Under the pieces are notes generated by a model. The model made no database searches. It saw only the letters and a program-made list of their open reading frames with translations, and was not told the origin of the DNA. Of a stretch of 64,000 nucleotides of DNA, positions 49,128 through 64,000 are shown in pieces; the stretch's first letter is position 1, and the number at the start of each line of letters is the position of its first letter. Source of the stretch: Vitrella brassicaformis CCMP3155 (lineage: Eukaryota > Protista > Chromerida); the NCBI GenBank assembly GCA_001179505.1, contig CDMY01000395.1, positions 186,001-250,000 on the forward strand. The letters are read 5' to 3'. A program made the position numbers and the translations under genes.

Positions 49128-52100
49128 CTACTGCAGGGCGATCTGCCCGTTGGCGCCGTGTTCGTTCTGCTCCTGGATGGTCTGCTTGGCGCGCTCATTG
49201 TCGATCTGCTTCATGGCGCTCTGGCGGTCGCGAATGGTCACCAGGAAACAACGGTCGGCAGGCTCAATCAACTCGGGGCTGCACCGCACCCACACACGTC
49301 GTGTGGATGGGTGTGGCGTGCGCGTGTGCCTGGCCTGGGTGTGTGTGAGTGTGATGTGACTGACCGGAATGTGGTGACGATGAACTGGGCCTTCTCGCTC
49401 TGCTTGGCGATCCTGAGGGAGGGAGGAACTCACAGACACAGTGACCGCCGGCCGGTGTGTGGGAGGGAGGGGCTGCCGCAGGGTGTGGTGTTGGCGCTCA
49501 CAGTGTGGCGACAGCGGCTCTGTATTGGCTGTCGAGGGCGGCGTCGATCTCGTCGAACAGGTAGAAGTGAAACTAGTCGATACGATGCCCCCACGCATTA
49601 AGATAGACGTCAACACAATTGACATGTGTGTGTCTTTTGGTTGTTGCCAGGCAGCATTGCATACGGGGTCGTGTCGTTGTATGGCGAAGATGAATGCGAG
49701 CGCCACGACGGTCTTCTGACCACCTGCAGGGACCCACCCCACCCACGGCACGGCATACACGTGAGATACTCATGGAGGGAGGGAGGCACCGCACCCTACC
49801 TACTGACCTGATAGCTGCTGCATGGTGTAGTAGGAGTCCTCCTTGCCGCTGAACGACACCTGTGTTAACACAGCAACACGTCATGTCACGTCACACAGGC
49901 CAGCCGCGATGGATGGCTGGACGCATCAATCACTTTCTTTCCCCCATGGCGGTTTGACTGACTGACTTTGATGGTGACGCCCTTCCACTTGTCGGTGCGG
50001 GACATGGTCAGGCCCTGCTCCTTCTCTGATACAATCCGTTCAGGCGGAAAACGACACACACTGTGTGTGTGTTGGTGAAGGTGGTGGGGGGGCCGCCTAC
50101 CGTATTGCTCGACCTCCTCCTTGGGCATGGTCGTCAGCACCTGGCGCACAACCACACACACATCCATCCATCCATCGCTTAGAGAGAGAGAGAGAGAGGC
50201 GTGTTTGTGTGGCGACCAGCTTGGCCTTGCCACGAGGCACCAGCTCCTGAAACGTCTGATGATTTTGCCACGGACACACCCACAGAGATTTGTATGTCGG
50301 CTGTATGGTGCTGATCTATGTCTGTGTGTGTGAGGCACCTGCTTGAATTCGGTGTTGATTTTGCCGAAGGATTTGTAGAGCGTCTCGTCCTTCTTCCGGT
50401 CCATCGTCTGCACACACACACACACACACAGACGACCACAGAGATATGTGTGTGTGTGTGTGTGTGTCTTCTACTGTGCACTGACTGACCGAGATGAAGT
50501 CGTCTATCTTGCCGCGAGTGTCCTTGAAGGACTCGTGAGTCTCCTCCAGCTGCTCGGCCTGGTCTGCACACTCATGGGAAGGAACAGAGCAATGCGCGTC
50601 TATGTTCTCTGCCGCACGCGCCATGCTCTCCAGCTCTCATGGTGTGCATCGCCCTTGCCTTTGAAGGTGGTGAACGTGTCAACGGCCTTCTGGTTGATGC
50701 TGCCAAATGCGCCCAAGGCCTATGTGTGTGTGCGTGTGTGAGCAGACAGGCGATTTGTGTGTGGTGGTTGGTCTCTCCTCTCTATGTGTGTGTCGGCTTG
50801 GCACAGACCTCGTTGATCTTGGCGAGCTCTTTTCTGAGTGTGGGTACGTCCATTTTGTTGTATTTGAGGAGCTCCCTGTCGGCCGACGCTATGGCGATCT
50901 TGGTCATGCGGTCGTTGGCCTCGCTCTTTTTCTTCCTAAAGACACACACAGACAGACACACCGATGGATGGATGGATGTGTGTGTGACGGGGGNNNNNNN
51001 NNNNNNNNNNNNNNNNNNNNNNNNNNNNNNNNNNNNNNNNNNNNNNNNNNNNNNNNNNNNNNNNNNNNNNNNNNNNNNNNNNNNNNNNNNNNNNNNNNNN
51101 NNNNNNNNNNNNNNNNNNNNNNNNNNNNNNNNNNNNNNNNNNNNNNNNNNNNNNNNNNNNNNNNNNNNNNNNNNNNNNNNNNNNNNNNNNNNNNNNNNNN
51201 NNNNNNNNNNNNNNNNNNNNNNNNNNNNNNNNNNNNNNNNNNNNNNNNNNNNNNNNNNNNNNNNNNNNNNNNNNNNNNNNNNNNNNNNNNNNNGGGGGCT
51301 GACTCTTGCTCTTCGCGCTTGCGCATGAGCTCCTCCTCTCGGGCATCGAAGTTCTGAACACAAACACATTGACAGACACATTTGCAGATGTGTGTGGGGT
51401 GGGGTGGGGTGTGTGTGGGTGTGTGTGGCTGACGGATAGCTCGTTTGAGAGTCCGTCGTCAGTCTTTTGGGCCTCGTCCATGACCTTCTGACACTTCTTG
51501 ACCACAGACTATAAATACCACACACACGCGCGCGCACACAGACAGACACACATAAAGGGACGCATGGATGCTGCAGTGCATCCAATATATACCTCTTTCT
51601 CCTTGAGAGCCTGCTCCACACGCTCCTTCTGCGACTCCAACTGAACCACACCACACCACACCACACCACATCACGCCACCCACGTCACGGAAGTGAGGTG
51701 GAGTGGACAGCCCACCCTTGGTGCGATCGGATCGCATCAACGCTGTGTGCCTGTGTGTGCGCTGGTGTATAGGTACCGTTCGCTTCTCCTTCTCCAGAGT
51801 TTTGTATTCCCTGTCGAGGGTCTCCTTCCGCTCCCCCGCAGCCGCGTCCTCCGGGCTCGCCAACAGCTCCTCTATCTGTGGAGTGAGCCATCCGCCCACA
51901 CGCACATCACGCGTGACATACGGTGGAATTTCTGTGTGTGGTGTGTGTGGCTATCTATACCTCTCGTTGTCTCTTCTGCAGCCCGCCATTGAGCCGCAGC
52001 TCGGCGTCAGACACCATGTCGCGACGCTGCACCAAAGGCAGGCACGACCACGACACACACGGCGTGCGTGTGTGGGATGTGGGGCGATGGTGTGGGGCAT

Positions 52101-55100
52101 CCATCCTACCTGCTTTGTGATGCCTCTGAGCCGCTCCACCTCTCGCTCCAGCTGCTTGATCTCGGCCGCTATCGTGCTGCAGGAAGGAAACAAGCACACT
52201 GTGAGCGTGTGTTGGCTTGGGGCCCATAACCGCACTCACGTGAGTCTCTGTGTTTCGTGTTCTGTGAGCTCGCCCAGCCCCATCGTCAGCCGCTCGGTGC
52301 GCAGACTGCGGCAGACACATCCCATCTGTGTGTGTGTGTGTGCGTGTGTGAGTGTGCGTGTGTGAGGGCGGGTGGCCGACCGTTGAATCTGTCTGTTGAG
52401 CAGCTCAGTTTCGGCCTCATTGCGCTTCTGCACACACACACATATGATTGTCCATCCAGGGCATGTGGTGTGTGTCTGTGTGTGGCTGTGTGGCGTACGA
52501 TGGTGTCCTCCCAGTGCTTGCGCTTCTGAGCGAACTTCTGCTGCTCCCTGCCGGCCACCATCACACACACACGTGGGCAGATGCCGCACCTCTCTGTGTC
52601 TGTCTGTCTGCCTGTCTGTCTGGGGGTGTGGTTACTCGTCTCGCTGCTTCTGCTGCTGGACGATGTTGAGTATTTTGTGTCTGATGATGTCCAGCTCCTG
52701 ACCCAACTTGGCCTCCTCCTCAAAACAACCGTCGAATTGCTGAACGAAGGCACACAGAAAGCACACACACAGAGAGAGACAGAGACAAAGAGAGAGGGAT
52801 TCCCACGCAGAGGGGGCGGAGGGAGGGTACCTACCTGTGATATCTGTTTCTTCTCTGTTTCTTTGTCGTGGAGCTCCTTCTCGATCTCTGCCAGCTTCCC
52901 CTCAACCACACGCAACCTGTCCACACACACACACACCCCATGGACACAAAAGGCCCGGCACACACATGGCATGGCTGTTAACAGCCCCACTCACTCTGCG
53001 AATCGGGTGATCTTCTTGAGGCTTGCCGTGGAGCCGCCGCGAATGACACCGTTGCGGTTGGTCTGTGTGAGCGTATCGCAGCAGTCGGTTGCCGTGCTGT
53101 CTCTGTGTGTGTGTGTTTGTGTGGGGGGGGGCGGGGGGGTGGGATGGCCGGGATGGGTGTGACCTTCTCGCCATGAGGCGTGACGCAGTCGACATCGTAC
53201 TGCTTCGTCAGACGATGCGCAGTGTCTTCAGCATAATGCGCGCACACACACATAAAGGCAGCAATCCATTACACTTGTGTGTGTGGTGCAGTGCGGCTGT
53301 GTCCCCAGGCATCCCATCTGTGCCAAGCACCGAGGTTCTTGGCACAGATGATCTTGCCAAACACCTGGCAGGCACACACCACACACACACCAAACACACG
53401 TATCCGCCCACTCCACTGAGTGCAGTGCATGTGTGGGGTCAAGAATGCCTTTCTGACCTGCTCGATGGCTTTCTCGGCTTCTGGTCTGAGGCACCCAATA
53501 TGGTCCGCCAGCGGCACCGCATCGTCGATGTTGAGCTCGGGCAACGCTCGCTTAGACGGACTGCATGCATGTGACACACACACACAGACACACACACACA
53601 CGGCACACACACGCAGCCATGCCGTCCATTTGAGTGTGCCATGTGTGTGTGTNNNNNNNNNNNNNNNNNNNNNNNNNNNNNNNNNNNNNNNNNNNNNNNN
53701 NNNNNNNNNNNNNNNNNNNNNNNNNNNNNNNNNNNNNNNNNNNNNNNNNNNNNNNNNNNNNNNNNNNNNNNNNNNNNNNNNNNNNNNNNNNNNNNNNNNN
53801 NNNNNNNNNNNNNNNNNNNNNNNNNNNNNNNNNNNNNNNNNNNNNNNNNNNNNNNNNNNNNNNNNNNNNNNNNNNNNNNNNNNNNNNNNNNNNNNNNNNN
53901 NNNNNNNNNNNNNNNNNNNNNNNNNNNNNNNNNNNNNNNNNNNNNNNNNNNNGGGGGGGGGGGGGAGGGATGGAGGGTGACATGCTACTTGATCCGGGCG
54001 ATGGGCGTGCATTCGACTTTGCCTTTGCGCTGCCGGCGCACGTGGCCCACTATGTTAGAAGCTACCTGAACGAACACACCAAATCAAATCAAATCAACAC
54101 ACACACACACAGCCAGGCAGCCAGGGAGGGACTGTGTGTCTGTATGTGTGCGTGTGTTTGCGTGTTGATGGGATTCTTCCTTCCTCTCTACTGACGCGGT
54201 CGTCTCTGACGAGCATGTTGAACAGGTTGTTGCCCGCAGCCACCTGCACACATTATAGGGGCGTGTGTGTGGGTGGGGTATGCCCACACGCACACACACA
54301 CACGAGAGGCGTACCTCGACAGCGATGGCGAGGTTCTCATCTACCTGTTCATTCACCACCGGACACAACGAATGGATGGATGGATGGATGGACGGATGGA
54401 TGGATGGTGGAGGGCGTGCCTTAATGTTTTCGAGCAGCGTGCCGTAGCAGTTGTCCTCCTCCCCGTTGCTGCGACACCACTCACGAGCAGCTGACCAACA
54501 CACACACACACACACACACACATACAGAACCGGACGGACAGACAGACAGCTACGTGCATTAGGTCTCTCTGTCTGTCATTGTCTCTGTGTGTGTGAGTGC
54601 CGGATGTTTCTACCTTGGTTGCCCGACCGGATGTTCTGCGGCATGTCACGGTCGAGCTCCTCTGACAAACAAAGATGGCCACCACACACACGTATGCACA
54701 GGGGGGGTGTGGTTGTGTGGCTGGCTGGGTGTGTGGTGGGTGTGGTGTGTCTACTACGTTTGAGAGTCTGCCGCTCGCGGTCTCTGAGCGCCTTGTCCTG
54801 GACACACCCCACAGCAACACACACACTCACGCATCGGATGAGTCTGTCTGTCTGGGCGTACCTGCCTCAGCTGGTGTATCTCTCTGTCGAGCTCGCGCTT
54901 CCGCTCGTTGTACTGACCCATGTCCTATTACCCACACACACACACAAATGGATTGCAAGTGTGTCTGGGGTGTGCGGGGTGGTGAGGGGGAGGGTGTGAG
55001 TGCCGACCGTGTTGGCCTTGCCCCTCTTGGCGGATGCACGATCCTCGTCTCTGTTGAGCTGATAAACACACACACACGTATACACACACACACACACAGA

Positions 55101-55237
55101 GAGAGAGAGATGTGGGTGTAGGTGTGGGTGTCTGTGAGTGCGCGTGGATCGGATCGGTACCTTGTCTTTGTCTTGCTTTTGTTTCTCTTCCTCTTTGGCG
55201 TAGTCCTCCTCCTTCTTACTTAACGCCGCCAACTGAG

Positions 55238-55269
<32 letters not shown>

Positions 55270-57285
55270 TAGGGGGAGAATGGTGGCACCTGCTGACACC
55301 GCCTTGACCGACCCACCTCGTTCTTGGCGGTCTGTATGTTTCTTTTGGCGTCGTTGATGCGCCGCTCCGTGTCGGCTATGTCGGCATCCAACTTGGCATT
55401 GCGCTCTCCAACACTAAAGGCACACAGACAGACAGACAGACAGGGAGGGAGGGAGGGAGGGATGGAGGGAGACGCCTGGTGTGTGTCCCCCATATGGACA
55501 CAAACAGGCACTTACGTGTTGAATTGCTTGCTCCGCCCCTGCTTGGCCAGCAACTGAGAAGTGGATGGCCGGGACGGGTGTGTGGAGTTAGTAAGAGGGA
55601 ACCAAAATGCGTTGAGGTGTGTCGGTGCGTACCGCGTCCCGTTCGCTGGTGAGCTGGTTGAGCTTCTGGTCCTCGACGCCGTGCTCACTCTCGGCCTCCT
55701 GAGTGACATACACACACAGAGGGGCGCGCGTGTGTGGCTGTATGTGTGTGTGTGTGTCTGTAAGTGTGTGGCTCACGATAGCTTTCGGCTTGAGGTCGGT
55801 CTCGAGCGCACTCTCTGCAGGCACCAGACACACACATGGAACGTTTGTTGCAGTGTGTGTGTGTGTGTGTGTCTTGTGTGTTGGGGGCCGGTCGCTGCTG
55901 GCTCTGGCTTACTCTCCGTCTGTATCTGCTGCTGCAGCTCCTGCAGCTCGGTGCGCAGACTGCACAAACACCACACACACCACAGCCATCCCGAGGGATG
56001 GATGGCCACCCCACCCCGTGTGTGTGTCTGTGTGCCTGGTTGGTTACCTTTGTTTGGCGGAGTTGGTGCTGGTGAGATTCTTCTTGGCCTCCCCCAACTC
56101 CAGCTGCTTCGAGGTGTGGTCACGCACCACCTGACACACACAACACACGCACACACAGGTAGGGGTGTGTGTGTGTGTGTTGTGTGTGTTGGGTGCCTGA
56201 GCCAGCCACCGAGCTGACCTGCTCGAGCTTGTTCTGCAGCTGTTCGAGCTCCGTGGCCAGGGCCTCCTGCTCTGCCGTGGCGGCATCCAGCTTCCGCTGC
56301 TCGTCGGCGATGCGCGAGCGGGCCGACTGATGCTGTCGTGGTGGAACAACCAACACATGACACACGTCACACAGAGGGGCATTTGTGTGGATGTGGGGGT
56401 GTGGGTGTGTGTACCGTACCTCTCGCTCTTTCTCCTCTCTCTCTTGGCCGAGCTCCTGCACCACCGACATCACATCGACACACACAGAGGCAGGCCAGAT
56501 GCCACACAGCATACATACCATCACACCACACGCGCACCGCACCCAACTGTGTGGTGTGGGGGGATGGATGGATAGTGCGGCTGGGCTGTGTGGCAGAGCT
56601 ATGTACCCTGAGTTTACTGCTGAGCAGCGACACTTTGGCGTTGGCGTGACTCCACTCCTTCTCTGTGGGCAAACAACCACACAGCCAAACACACACACAC
56701 ACACAAGTGGATGGATGGATGGATGGACACACACAGGGAGGGAGGGAGGGAGGGATGGTTCGTACCGTTGAGCGTGTATTCGAGTGCGAGTTTGGTCCTG
56801 TGTTTGACGTTGTAGTCCTTGAGCTCCTTTTCGTCCTGCTGCAGCTCCTTCAGACGACTGTTGATCGTCTCGATGTTCTCGCTTATGCCCAGGAAACGCT
56901 CATCTGCACACACACATACAGACAGACACACACACACAGAGAGAGAGAGAGGCGTATGTGTGTCTGTGGATGGCGTGGCTTGGTGGGGAGGGATGAACGA
57001 GCTCACCAGCTTCGTTGAGTGTGTTGTCGGCGTTGCCGCGCTTCTCGTCATACGACCGGACGCCAGCCACCTCACGCAACAGATCCAAACTGACAGCAAC
57101 ACACACACACACACACACACATGTGCAGCATTCGTCCGCCTGTGTCTGTGTGCAGCTGATATGTGTGTGCAGATGTGTGTGTACCTACCGTTTGGCGTCG
57201 TCCATGGTGGTGAGTTCCGATATCTTGCCCTGACGCACTATGTAGTAGGGGTTGGACCTGACACAAACAAACCAGGCAGGCACCA

Positions 57286-57316
<31 letters not shown>

Positions 57317-58230
57317 GGAGAGAGGGGCAATGCAGCGCACACATTAATGTCGGTCGGTCGGTCGGTCGGTCTGACGTACTTGGAGAATCCCATGCTCTCG
57401 AGGATCTCCTCATACTCCTTCTTGCTGAAGGATAGGATGGGATAGCGCAGGTCAGGTCAGGTCGGCGTCCCTTCTGGTGTGTGTGTGTGCGTGTGTGGTA
57501 TGGTGTGGTGGCTGACTTGACAACTTTGCCGTCGACGAAGGTCTCCTCCTTCTTCTCGCCCACACTCTTCTTCAGCGACACCTCGTCCTTGTCAAACTGA
57601 CAGACAAACACACATCATACACACACAGACAGAGATCCCATCCATCCCCTGTGTGTCGGGTGCCGCCACCCTGCCCAGCCCACCGCCTCACTCACCCCGA
57701 GTATGGGTCGTGTGCCGTCCTTTTTCTTGCGGTTGTCGAATATGGCCTCGATGTACGCCGTCAACAACTTGGCTGTGCCCTCCTACACCACACACACACA
57801 CACACACAGCCACGTGCGCATGGTTTTGCGTCCTTACGTGGACCATCTGCTTGCGCTCTTCGCCGCTGAAGGATCGCCAGCTCAAACACACCTCCAACGC
57901 TGACACACAACACCATCATGCGTGCACACAGCAGCAGCATCTTTGTGTGTGTGTGTCGGCACATACACACACACTCACCGAGGAGGCAGTTGGACTTGCC
58001 GGAACCATTCAAGCCAACTGAGAAGCACGCGCACACAGCGCACAGCACACAGCACAACAGCACGTTCCCAGCCTCCCGGCATGTCTGTCCCACTCATCCC
58101 ACTCACCGATGGTGTTGAGTGTGGGGTCGAACTCGATGGTGGTCTCCTTGGCGTAGGTCTTGAAGCCGCGCAGGTTGAGCCGCTTGATGTACACGCGCTC
58201 TGGCCTACCCTTGTCCTTGCTGCTGCTCAT
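49128..58230 (-). CDS. SMC3: Structural maintenance of chromosomes protein 3 (cohesin subunit), many exons
   Basis: N-terminal VYIKRLNLRGFKTY, Walker A VGLNGSGKSN and the SMC3-typical SNPYYIVRQGKI...LDLLREVAGVRSYDE. Coiled coils and a hinge follow, then the signature LSGGQKTVVALAFIFAIQRHDP, Walker B LDEIDAALD and QFIVTTFRPEL. Confidence 0.95.
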
Positions 58231-58447
58231 CTTGATTGCCGATGGGATGATGGATGCTCTCTCTGGCAGAAGTCACTCACCGGATGGATCGGCAGCGGTG
58301 CATGCAGATCTGCCACATGAAGGTCTGCTGCATCCGTTGCATCCTCTCCTGGATCTTTGCCCTCTGTTTTGCCTCCTCGGCTTTGAGGAAGAAGGCGTCC
58401 GAGCTGGAAGTTTACACCCCAGCCCTTTCTCCTCTCCCCTGCCGTCC

Positions 58448-59613
58448 ATGGTCATGTCCGTAGTGCTCTTATGCCTCTTAGCGCTGCCCCTGGTGGACGG
58501 ATCTCCTGGATCTCCGTGGGACTCTCCCTCACTGCGGGGCGTGGCCATCAACGGGACCATCTCGCCGGTGGAGGATGACGATGCATCGGGTGAGGATGAA
58601 AAACCCACCATTCCGCCTGACATGGCGCCCGAGGAGGGCGAGGGAATTGACAACACGCCGCCGCCGGTAGAGGTCGAGGAGGACATTGTCATTATCGAGC
58701 CTGGTACGTCGATGGCCAACGGATGGCTGGATGGATGGATGGGCACATTTGTGTGTGTGCAGCTCCGCCCGGCAGCGATATGGGTCCGCCCGAGGAGAAG
58801 AAACAGAAGACCCCGCCGCTGAGCGTCAAGATCGGGACGACGGGAGGCGACAAGAGGTTCGCCGGGAGCGACAAGGACGACGTGATGATAGGCCTGGGCG
58901 GCGATGACACCATGTACGGCTTCGGCGGGGATGACGTCATGTTTGGCAACAAGGGCGCGGACCTCATCCTCGGCGGGGAGGGAGCAGACAACATCGCCGG
59001 CGGACGGGGGAACGACACTATACTCGGCAACGAAGGGGTGAGTGGGGGAGAGAGAGAGAGGACGGCTTTGTCTGAGCGTCCATCGGCTATGCATCCGTCC
59101 GTCTGCTCATGGGGGGGATGGTTGTTTCGTGATGTGTTCAGAATGACACGTTGATGGGCGGCGTTGGGGATGACATTCTTGGCGGCGGAGAGGGGACGGA
59201 CTCAGTGGTAAGTAACACCACCACGGGTCCATCCATCCATCCATCTATCCATCCCACTTGTGTGGTGTCTGTCTGTGTGTGCAGGAGGGTGGCCCAGGCG
59301 ATGATGGCGTGTTCGGAGGCCCAGACGCAGACGTTGTCAATGGCGGGCCAGGTGGGATGGTGATGGACCATATCTTCCGGCCTAGCGTGTGTGACACCGT
59401 GTGTGTGGTGGTGCATTATGATGTGTTGGTGCAGGCGACGACGTCATTATGGATTTCGACGACAACCTCGGCGACCAGCTCTACGGCGGCCCGGGTGCGG
59501 ACGAGTTCATCCTGCGGCGGCCGAACGCGTCGGTGCCGCACGAGGCCATCAAGGACCAGATCAAGGACCTCACCTACCAGGAAGGGGACACCGTCATGTC
59601 CTTCGTGCCATGA
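58448..59613 (+). CDS. Secreted protein with RTX/hemolysin-type Ca2+-binding nonapeptide repeats
   Basis: Signal-like MVMSVVLLCLLALPLVDG and an acidic Pro-rich linker, then about 10-12 GGxGxDxxx repeats over four exons (GLGGDDTMY, GFGGDDVMF, GNKGADLIL, GGEGADNIA, GGRGNDTIL, GGVGDDILG, GGPGDDGVF, GGPGADEFI). Confidence 0.85.
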
Positions 59614-60271
59614 CCGATGGATTATCCATACGGCGGGACGTGTGGTAGGTAGATACCTATAGGTAGATGAAGCATGGAGCTAGGGTGTGGTGTTAGTTGG
59701 TTGGTCTTTTTATGTCGGGCCATGCATTGTCGGCTGGCAGGCAGGCAGGCAGGCCATGTGTAGGTGTATGGTGTGGATGGAGTGCTGGCAGTCAGTGGCA
59801 TGGCAAGCTGGTTGGTGTTTTTGTGAGTCAGTCGACTGTGTGTCGATCGATCGGTCGGTCATGTGTTGGATGCGTCAAGACCCCAAAGACCCCAAAAGAC
59901 TCCCAAGACCCTCCCCCCCCCCTCCCCCATGTGTATCATGTTTATGTCATTGTTATAACTGGGTAGAACAATGCGACAGCCACCACCACCAGCCGCACAC
60001 TTAATCAACTCAGGGGAAACCTACTCGATCAACGCACCGTAGTGAGAGCACCACGCAATAACCTCTCCCTCACCTCACGCGCACACACAGACACACAGAC
60101 AGAGAGAAGAGGCCAATCGGCCAACCTGTGAGTGATTCATTCAGTCAAGAGGCAAGCAAGACACACGCACAGGCAGACGCCAAGAGCAGCAAGCAACGAA
60201 GCGAGCAAGGGAAAAAGACAAGGCACGGCCGAGCAGCGGGGAGGCAGGGTAGGCACCATGGGTCCACGAGA

Positions 60272-63260
<2,989 letters not shown>

Positions 63261-64000
63261 GAAGGATGATACGGGCGAGCGGACACGCGCCTGTGCGCTG
63301 CGCAGGGCGTCCAGAAGCGTCACCGAGGGATACACATACATCTCTGACAATCACTCACAAACAACACAGAAGGCCGACGCTGTGATCAATGTGGTCCTCG
63401 CCTCCCTCCCCTCCCTAGGGAGTGTGTTCTCATGAAAGACGTACATTGGAGCAACTGGAAGGCGGCTCGTTCGAGGGAAAAGGATCCGATTCAGCGGTCG
63501 GTGTTGCCTTGAGTCATCTGACGCCTTCACGAGCAATGGAGCGAGATATGATGGCGCTTGGGGGTTGGCAAAATATCGTCAGGGCGGGGAGGGGAGGGAA
63601 GGGAGAGGGTGTGAAGGAAGAACTCCACACTAGAACTCCACTGAACCTTTGTCCTCGTCAACTGGGGCACAAAGCAACCTCAGCGAAGCACCTGCTTGGG
63701 CTTGCCCAAACGCGAGCTAGGAAGTGCGATCCGCGCTAAGTTGTGTGAGGGATTCCTTCCATGTTCCCCCCCGTTCCTGCGTACCCTCCCAAGAGTGCCA
63801 AACACTCCTGAGGGGAAGGGTTTACAAAAAGGAGCTCATCATCTCAGAGCAATGCATGCAGCTGCAGCCAGCCTCGACATTTCACATCAGGAACTCCTCT
63901 CATGGCGTCTACTCGAGCGCATTGTTTGCCCATCACGGCAATGCCCCGATTGTCCGCTACACTCGACGAGCCGTACGTGAGTCCCATGCTCCATGCAATG

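Noticed and set aside
49900-57900. Many Cys/Val- or His/Thr-rich ORFs (CVCVCV, THTHTH)
   Set aside because: Translations of intronic (TG)n/(CA)n microsatellites inside SMC3, not metal-binding proteins.
63420-64000. Short ORFs at the right edge
   Set aside because: No motifs or convincing splice structure; probably a promoter or UTR region, or a gene continuing beyond the window.

Overview
Intron-rich, GC-rich eukaryotic genomic DNA. The short introns packed with (CA)n/(TG)n, (TGTC)n and (GGAT)n microsatellites, the gene density and one lineage-type orphan gene suggest a chromerid alveolate such as Vitrella (inference, not verified). Left arm (0-12 kb): a protein with a sacsin-type J domain, a CBM20 starch-binding protein, a secreted arylsulfotransferase fused to three trefoil domains, a small acidic protein, a DUF1036-like secreted protein, a local duplication/chimeric gene, a 267-bp tandem array with tRNA-like and weak 5S-like segments, and the 3' half of a restriction-like-endonuclease (CRE-type) non-LTR retrotransposon. 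Middle (12-44.5 kb): two very large paralogous multi-exon genes built from EGF-like 6-Cys modules (about 40 and about 20-25 modules by eye). Each has a recent internal tandem duplication, both share an unrecognised C-terminal Cys domain, and orphan ORFs lie between them. Right arm (45-64 kb): an orphan-family gene, SRP40/Nopp140, SMC3, a secreted RTX-type Ca-binding repeat protein and spastin. There are five assembly gaps of about 300 N. Gene models were spliced by eye, so exon boundaries and outer coordinates are approximate, and no database search was run.
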